Position numbers and translations under genes: made by a program
Notes under the pieces: model-generated
Databases searched by the model: none
What the model was told of the DNA's origin: nothing
What the model saw: only the letters and a program-made list of their open reading frames with translations
Assembly (NCBI RefSeq): GCF_009914755.1
Contig: NC_060941.1
Direction: 5' to 3' (one strand)
Source: the human T2T-CHM13v2.0 reference genome, Homo sapiens
DNA length: 64,000 bases
Shown here: positions 51,979 through 64,000 of the stretch, piece after piece
How positions within the stretch are numbered: position 1 is the first letter of the stretch
Layout of the letters: every line of letters begins with the position of its first letter

Positions 51979-52122
51979 AGCTCAAGTCCTTTTTCAGACC
52001 CTCCTAAAAAACAGACCACATATTCTGAAGGGTTACGTTCAGAGTCTATCGTTACTGTTTCAGGAAGCAGTTTTTCATTTTGGAAAAGGCAGTAATAACA
52101 ACCAACTCGGTAACCTGGAATT
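51979..52122 (-). CDS. C17orf75: C17orf75 exon 4 (IPGYRVGCYYC...SEKGLE, 144 nt), ending at a U12 donor
   Basis: ttttctAG acceptor; followed by ATATCCTTT. Overlaps ORF 51957..52151 in the track. Confidence 0.94.
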
Positions 52123-52542
52123 CTAGAAAAGAAAGAAAATGTAAAATGCATTATTTTGGTTACTCATGCATCTATAATTTTGTGGACTGCTCTGAATTCT
52201 GGTCATCTTGATCTGGCAACACCATTAAACTGCCCACTAACTCAGAGCTTCCCAGACTTCTCGTTGGTGTACTTGCAGCAGCAAAGAAAAATGAATGTAT
52301 ACCCTGGAGGGCTTTAGTTAAAGCAGCCACTAACATACATGAAATTTCTTTGAATTCTCCTGTCTTATGTGAAAAATTCACACAAATTTCACTCTAGTTC
52401 ATACCCATGTTTATATTAAAAAAAAGTATGTTCTCCCCTCTCCCAAAGCTTCACAAATTGATGTTTAAGGCAGATGTGCCTGAAGGTGGCCTTATCCTTG
52501 GGAAGTGGCCTCAAACTCCTGAGGACCTGTATGCTAACTTCA

Positions 52543-52920
<378 letters not shown>

Positions 52921-53583
52921 CTAAGAATGCTCATGTTTAAGCCTGAACTCCATCAATTTGACCAGCCTCATGACTTAAGTTTACATAAACTCTGAGTTTA
53001 TTTCCTCATCTGAAAATGAAAATAAGAGAGTATCTGCTATATTTCCCCTTTGTAAGGAAAACTACATAAAAGTTTGTGAAAATACAAACTGTATACAAAT
53101 TTAGTTTTAATAATCAACACTTTTCTTCTTCTAAGTACAAAACTTATTAGCCTGGGCAACATGGTAGGACCCCATTTCTAAAAAAAAAAAAAAAAAAAAA
53201 TTAAAAAAATTGCTGGGCATCGTAGTGCCTGCCTGCAGTCCCAGCTACTTGGGAGGCTGAGGTGAGAGGATTGATTAAGCCCAGGAGGTCAAGGCTGCAG
53301 TGAGCTGTAATCGGGCCGCTGCACTCCAGCCTGGGCAACAAAGCAAGACCCTGTCTCAAAAAAAAATAAACTAATTAAATAAAGTGCAATTGGGTGCCAG
53401 GGTCTCTGCCATTCAATTAATTCCATTCCACAAATGTTTATGTGTGAGGCCCAGTGCTCGGGCTGCCAGAGAATAAAGACAAATTCTGCAGGTCTAGTAG
53501 GAGCTGATCTTTTGGAGTTTCTCATCACTTCTCATATTTAGTTCAGAAATAAAAACTCAGGACACAGCACATTTTGCACTTAC

Positions 53584-53709
53584 TTTAGCTCCACAGATGC
53601 AACATTACCCAGCCCTTCAAAGACTGCACCTCTTGAAAGACGCTTAGCAATGAAACTGCGCAGCTCTGGCTCCACTTCGGATGGTAGATTAGTATCTGCC
53701 AAGGAGAGG
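53584..53709 (-). CDS. C17orf75: C17orf75 exon 3 (LSLADTNLPSE...NVASVEL, 126 nt)
   Basis: tttgtcaAG acceptor, AA|GTAAGT donor, phase 2/2, open frame. Confidence 0.93.
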
Positions 53710-54162
53710 CTTGACAAATGAAAGACACACATTCTTTACCAGTGGACTAGGGTATTCACACCCATTAAGTCAGACAGAATGGTACCAACGCCAGGGGCTC
53801 TTTTAAGGACTGGGGAAAGCTGTCCTTATGACCCCTATTGGTGAGGCTTCTAGGAATGTATGTCACTAAGTATGATCTACCTCATCAAATAGCTTAAAAT
53901 ATTCCTATCTTTCCAGCTCATTCTCTCCAGTACTGTGACTCCACTGGAACCCCCAATCCACTGACCCTACCTCTTTTTCAGTCTCTCAAGTTTCTCATCT
54001 CACTTCCCTCCTTATTCTGCCTTAATTCCATGGTCAGTCATTATAATCACACCCCTGCACACATTCTTATCTTTTTTATCTTTCAACTTTATTGAGGTAT
54101 AATTGATGATTTAAAAATTTCAGGGCTGGGGCCGGGAGCAGTGGCTCACGCCTGTAATCTCA

Positions 54163-54668
<506 letters not shown>

Positions 54669-54974
54669 TCATGCCACTGCACTCCAGCCTGGGCAGCAGA
54701 GCAAGACCCTGTCTCAATTTAAAAGGAAAAAGAAAAAAAAAGGATTTCTTTTTGGCTAATCACCAAGCACACTATCAGTATGTGGATTTGTTTGCCCCAG
54801 CCTTGAATGAACCAGCCAATGAGGAAATCAGGATGAGGTTCCTAGGGGATAGGAGGAATTGACGGTTTGACTCAGGGAAAGCTCAGTGGAAATAGAGTAT
54901 CCACTGACATGTACAGGCCAGAGATGCAGGGAAGATGAAAGCACATGCATGAATTATGCTGAAGCTCTTTTTAC

Positions 54975-55055
54975 CTGAAATCATCACCAGAGGGAGTTTC
55001 TGCATTTGTGCCACTTGGGCTTCCGTCCTCACTGTCCCCTCGTTGCTGTGCCAAT
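54975..55055 (-). CDS. C17orf75: C17orf75 exon 2 (LAQQRGDSED...GDDF, 81 nt)
   Basis: cttgtAG acceptor, AG|GTAAAA donor, phase 2/2. Confidence 0.93.
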
Positions 55056-55589
55056 CTACAAGCCACAAAACCAATAGTGCTATCAATTATGGGCTCTAAA
55101 CCAAGAGGAGTATGGGGGCCTGGCAAGCAGGGTAAGGCAAGGAGTCAACTAAAAATGCTGCAAGGTGGAAGTGCACTGCCTATCCTCATGACAAGGAAAA
55201 CCCATACAGCAGTGCTGACAAGAGCCCCTTCTCTCTCCAGGCCACTTAACGGGTGGAGGAAAGGCTAAATACCCAGAAGGTTCAAGGAAACTCCTTTAAA
55301 AACCAAACTTGACAAGGCCAAGAAGGTTCCAGGAAAGTCAGAAGGAGGAAAAAGAGGAATCAAGAACAGAGGAAAACCAGAGGGTGGGGATGGGGGTGTG
55401 TGTGACAGAAATGGGAGAAGTGGGGAGATAATGACAGAAAGGAGAGGGGACGGGAACTGAAATTATTGAGCATGCGGGGCACTGCGCTAAACAAAGGGCA
55501 GCCGCGAGAGTAAGAGGCTGGGATGATATAGGGGCAGATGAAGGGCACAGGCATGGTTGGGCCAGGCATACAAGTCCACGACGGGGGCC

Positions 55590-56060
55590 AGGAAGAGCAG
55601 CGGGAGGCGAGGAGCGCCCTTCAGGCCAGAGACCTTGGCTGGGAGAGGAGAAGATGGCTTTTAGGAGCGGCCGGGCCGCTGGGCCGGGGGTGGGGTGCAA
55701 GGCCGGGCGGCGGGCCGGGGGCGGGGCCGCAGGGGCGGGCGGGCTGGCAGGCCGAGCTGGGCGCCAGCACCTGCTTCCGCGATAGCTGTAAAGACAGTAG
55801 TGGCTGCTGGACGGCGGCTCGAGTCTCCGCTCCTCGGCTGAGCCTCCCTCTTCGCTGCTCTCTAGTTCCTTTTCATCTCCATCCATCGACTCCTGCAAAG
55901 AGGGGAGCATTGCGGCGGCCTCTGAGCGGCCCTGTGTCTCCGCCAAACCGCTCCCCTGCTCCCGTGCAGCCGTCGGTATCAGGGCTCGTCCGGCTCCCGG
56001 CCCTCGCACACCTGCGTTCCGCTGGTTTCCCCGGGTTCGCAGGCAAGGACTGGCCTGGAA
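55590..56060. promoter_or_regulatory. CpG island / promoter of C17orf75 with GC boxes and G-runs
   Basis: Dense CpG and GGGGCGGG motifs (about 55717-55743) spanning the first exon. Confidence 0.85.
55771..55910 (-). CDS. C17orf75: C17orf75 (NJMU-R1) first coding exon (MLPSLQESMD...YSYRGS)
   Basis: gccgccgcaATG start within a CpG island and AG|GTGCTG donor. Matches the recalled NJMU-R1 N-terminus. Confidence 0.95.
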
Positions 56061-56375
56061 AGGGAGTCTCTTCTCCCCACAGGGGCTGACAGGCGTACTG
56101 AGTTCGCCTTTACTGACAAGCTTTTACCATTTATTTTGAACTTATTTTCCTTTGAGACATCTGGGAAACTTTCTATGTGATAAAGGTGGCACAACTACCT
56201 AGCCACATGGAAAAGAATAAGGCTACTCGTCTGCCTCCTTGCGCGCGTGCCAGCACGCACAGACACCCGTTTGATCAAAAAGTTAAGAATTTAAAATGAA
56301 TTTTGTTAAAGTGAAAATATGGGATAATTTTGTTAATTCTTGAAGAGGGTCTTTCCAAACATAACAAAACACTTA

Positions 56376-58104
<1,729 letters not shown>

Positions 58105-60311
58105 GTGGCTGGGTGTGGTGGCTCACGCCTGTAATCCCAGCACTTTGGGAGGCCGAGGCAGGCGGATCACAAGGTCAGGAGATCGAGACCATCCTGGCTA
58201 ATACGGTGAAACCCCATCTCTACTAAAAATACAAAAAATTAGCCCAGTGAGGTGGTGGGCACCTGTAGTCCCAGCTAGTTGGGAGGCTGAGGCAGGAGAA
58301 TGGCATGAACCTGGGAGGCAGAGTGCACTCCAGCCTGGGCCATAGAGCCAGACTCTGTCTCAAAAAAAAAAAAAAAAAGAAAGAAAGAAACTAATACGGC
58401 CGGGCGTGGTGACTCACACCTGTAATCCCAGCACTTTGGGAGGCCGAGGTGGGTGGATCACTAGGTCAGGAGTTTGAAGCCAGCCTGGCCAATATGGTGA
58501 AATCCCATCTCTACTGAAAATACAAAAGTTAGCCTGGCATGGTGGCACACACCTGTAGTCACAGCTACTCAGGAGGCTGAGGCAGAAGACTCACTTGAAC
58601 CCGGGAGGCAGAGGTTGCAGTGAGCCGAAATCATGCCACTGCACTCCAGCCTGGGTGACAGAGTGAGACTCTGTCTCAAAAAAAAATAAATAAAAATAAA
58701 AAAAGAAAGAAAGGAAGTAATAGAGTCCCCCCCAACAACCCTTTCTTCTATTCTTATCTGGATTTCTTCACATTCTTCCCTGTTAATCCCATTTTTTCTA
58801 GATTATGGTTTATTCTCTTGATTTGCTCAAGTACTGCCTCCAATATTAGCCAAGAAAGGGTATATATAAAATAATTTTTAAGCTCTTGCATGTCTGAAAA
58901 TATATCCTCACGTCTTTATTGTATTTTCACATTTGATTGGATATTCCTTAGAAATAGAATTTTAGGGGCCAGGCATGGTGGCACACACCTGTAATCCCAG
59001 CACTTTGGGAGGCTGAGGCAGGCGGATCACAAGGTCAGGAGTTCGAGACCAGCCTGGCCAACATGGTGAAACCCCGTCTCTATTAAAAACACAAAAATTA
59101 GCCAGGCCTGGTGGTGCACGCCTGTGATCCCAGCTACTCAGAAGGCTGAGGCAGAAGAATCACTTGAACCTGGGAGGCAGAGGTTGCAGTGAGCCAAGAT
59201 CATGCCACTGCTCTCCAGCCTGGGCAACAGAGTAAGACTCCATCTCAGGGGGGAAAAAAGAAATAGAATTTTAGATTGATATGATTGGACATCGAATTCT
59301 AGGTTGAAAAGAATTCCCCTGGCCGGGCGCGGTGGCTCACACCTGTAATCCCAGCACTTTGGAAGGCTGAGGCAGGCAGATCACAAGGTCAGGAGATTGA
59401 GACCACCCTGGCCAACATGGTGAAACCCTGTCTCTACTAAAAATATAAGAATTAGGCGGGCGTGGTGGCGCATGCCTGTAGTCCCAGCTACTCGGGAGTC
59501 TGAGGCAGCAGAATCCCCATGTTCGTCAGGCTGGTCTTGAACTCCTGACCTCGTGATCTGCCCTCTTCGGCTTCCCAAAGTGCTGGGATTACAGGCATGA
59601 GCCACCGTGCCTGGTCCGAATCAACCATTTCTCCAAGGACCTCAGGTTGCTTTTACTGGAGAATGGTATTACAAACCAAGATCTCTGGACAAAGTATGCT
59701 TGATATGGGACATTATTGCTTCTAGGCCCTCTCAGCTGATATATGTATCTATACTAACTTTAGTATATACACATATCCATAAATATTTCTCTATGTATCT
59801 ATTTTAAAATAAACACGAGTTCATTCTGGTGTCTCCAGCTCTAATCCATGGCCGCATGGATCATTCTAGCCTCCTCCCCTTGCTTATCTATAAACTCACT
59901 ACAACGAGAGGCACAGCATGGTGGCTCACGCTTGTTAATCTTAACACTTAGAAGCTAAGGCAGGAGGATCACTTGAGCCCAGGAGTTCAAGACCAGCCTG
60001 GACAACAAAGCGAGACCTTACCTCTACAAAAAACACAAAAATTAGCAAGGCATGGTGGCATGGCCCTGTAGTCCCTGCTACTCCGTGGGCTGAGGTGGGA
60101 GGATCCATTGAGCCCAGGAGATCAAGGCTGCAGTGTGCTACGATTGCACCACTGCACACTACCAGCCTGGGCCACCGAAACCCAGCTAATTTTTAATTTT
60201 TTCATAGAGACAGGATATTGCTTTGTTGCCCAGGCTCGCCTTAAACTTCTGGCTTCAAGTGATTCTCCCACCTCAGCCTCCCAAGGTACTGGGATTACAG
60301 GAATGGGCTAG

Positions 60312-60580
<269 letters not shown>

Positions 60581-60644
60581 TGATCCGCCTGCCTAAGCCT
60601 CCCAACTAACAGCAATATTTTATTGCTTATTGCTTTCATAGTAA

Positions 60645-61625
<981 letters not shown>

Positions 61626-61764
61626 ACGGTTTTAAACTTTTTCATTTTTCAATTTATTTTTTCATAGAGATGGTCTCACTATGGTGCCCAGGTTGGTCTC
61701 ACACTCCTGGCCTCAAGCCACCCTCTTGCCTCAGTCTCCCAAAGCACGGCAATTACAGGCTTGA

Positions 61765-62106
<342 letters not shown>

Positions 62107-62535
62107 TAAAATTCAAATTTAATTCAGCTCCACACATACTTTGTGTTTTGGGGCAAATTATTCCAGCTCTCTTAAGTCTCTTTTATCTCATCTCTATTAA
62201 CAAGTTGACAATAATGGCTCCTACCCCAGAGGCTGAGACAAATAATGTTAAAACTCACTACAATGCTTGGCACACGGTAGGTGCTCCATGGATGTCTGCT
62301 ATTATTTTTTGCTTTTAATAGTAACATAATTTACATTACTAGTTATTATTATATGCTAAGCTCTGTTTTAAGTGCAGCCAAGATGAAGTTTAACTGCCTT
62401 GCCCAAAGTCAGGCAGCTAAGCAGTGGCACTGGTGGACTATGAACCCAAGCACTGGACTTTTAACCACCTCTCACTTGCATGATCCTCCAGTTGCCCTCT
62501 TAGAACCACTGTGCCTTCTCAGAGACTTCAGCTGA

Positions 62536-63543
<1,008 letters not shown>

Positions 63544-63689
63544 TTATTTGGTTTAGCATTTAATAGGCACATAATCAACATTTACTGTTCAATTGAAACA
63601 AAATTAAAATTGGGCGCTGTCTCTATCTTTATTTGTGATCGGCCCTAACTGCACTGGCAATCTTTTCCGTTTTTTTGTTTTCTGTTTTC

Positions 63690-64000
63690 CATTCGCATGC
63701 CCCTTAGCGTACCTGGGGCTCCGGCTCCTTTACAAATGAAACCCAAAGTGCTCCGCAAGCACAGCCAGCGAAAGCGAAAAACTCTGAAACGGACAAGATG
63801 GCTGCCACCTCTTCGCGCCTCTTAGTCCCACCCACTCAGGGCGGAGGTCTGCGTCATGTGACCCTCCCCTTCTTGGCTCCGCCTCCTACCGCAGTGCTTG
63901 ACGGGAGGCGGAGCGGGGAACGAGGCCGTCGGCCATTTTGTGTCTGCTTCCTGTGGGACGTGGTGGTAGCCGTTGGGTTGGGAAAGTGAGGGATTTTTGG
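63690..64000 (+). promoter_or_regulatory. ZNF207: CpG-island promoter / start of the ZNF207 5'UTR (CDS lies beyond the window)
   Basis: CpG-rich, with YY1 motifs CAAGATGGC (63794) and GCCATTTTG (63932), a CRE-like TGCGTCA (63850), GC boxes and an ETS-like CTTCCTG. Gene identity rests on recalled synteny with MIR632, not on coding sequence. Confidence 0.7.
63880..63973 (+). ncRNA. MIR632: MIR632 annotated precursor; mature GUGUCUGCUUCCUGUGGGA at 63940-63958
   Basis: Matches my recollection of hsa-mir-632, located at the ZNF207 5' end. Confidence 0.75.

Noticed and set aside
55538-56089. 183-aa antisense ORF across the C17orf75 CpG island
   Set aside because: Low-complexity G/R/A/P composition expected from GC-rich DNA; no homology recognised.

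Overview
This is Alu-dense human (or great-ape) genomic DNA. From recalled protein sequences and gene order I recognise it as the 17q11.2 RHBDL3 - C17orf75 - MIR632/ZNF207 interval. The + strand carries the last six coding exons (2562-35000) and a 3'UTR of about 3.4 kb of the rhomboid intramembrane serine protease RHBDL3; its EF-hand-coding 5' exons lie left of the window. The - strand carries the complete 10-exon C17orf75/NJMU-R1 CDS (55910 to 45534, 1191 nt, 396 aa, all exon phases close) with a CpG-island promoter. A frameshifted processed pseudogene of the OOSP1/PLAC1 family is nested inside a FLAM inside a MaLR LTR (about 57077-57934). The right edge holds the ZNF207 promoter with the MIR632 locus. 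Almost all other ORFs in the track are Alu translations or chance frames. I found no CRISPR array or other convincingly new genetic system. The most interesting signals are a U12-type AT-AC intron in C17orf75 with a possible in-frame major-spliceosome bypass, a GC-AG intron in RHBDL3 with a competing in-frame GT donor, an approximately 172-bp locally copied E-box-rich segment inserted into an L1, inverted Alus in the long C17orf75 3'UTR, and a splice-donor/polyA-signal arrangement on the antisense side of the ZNF207 promoter. Repeat boundaries and family names are by eye and approximate, and only a subset of the many Alus is listed.
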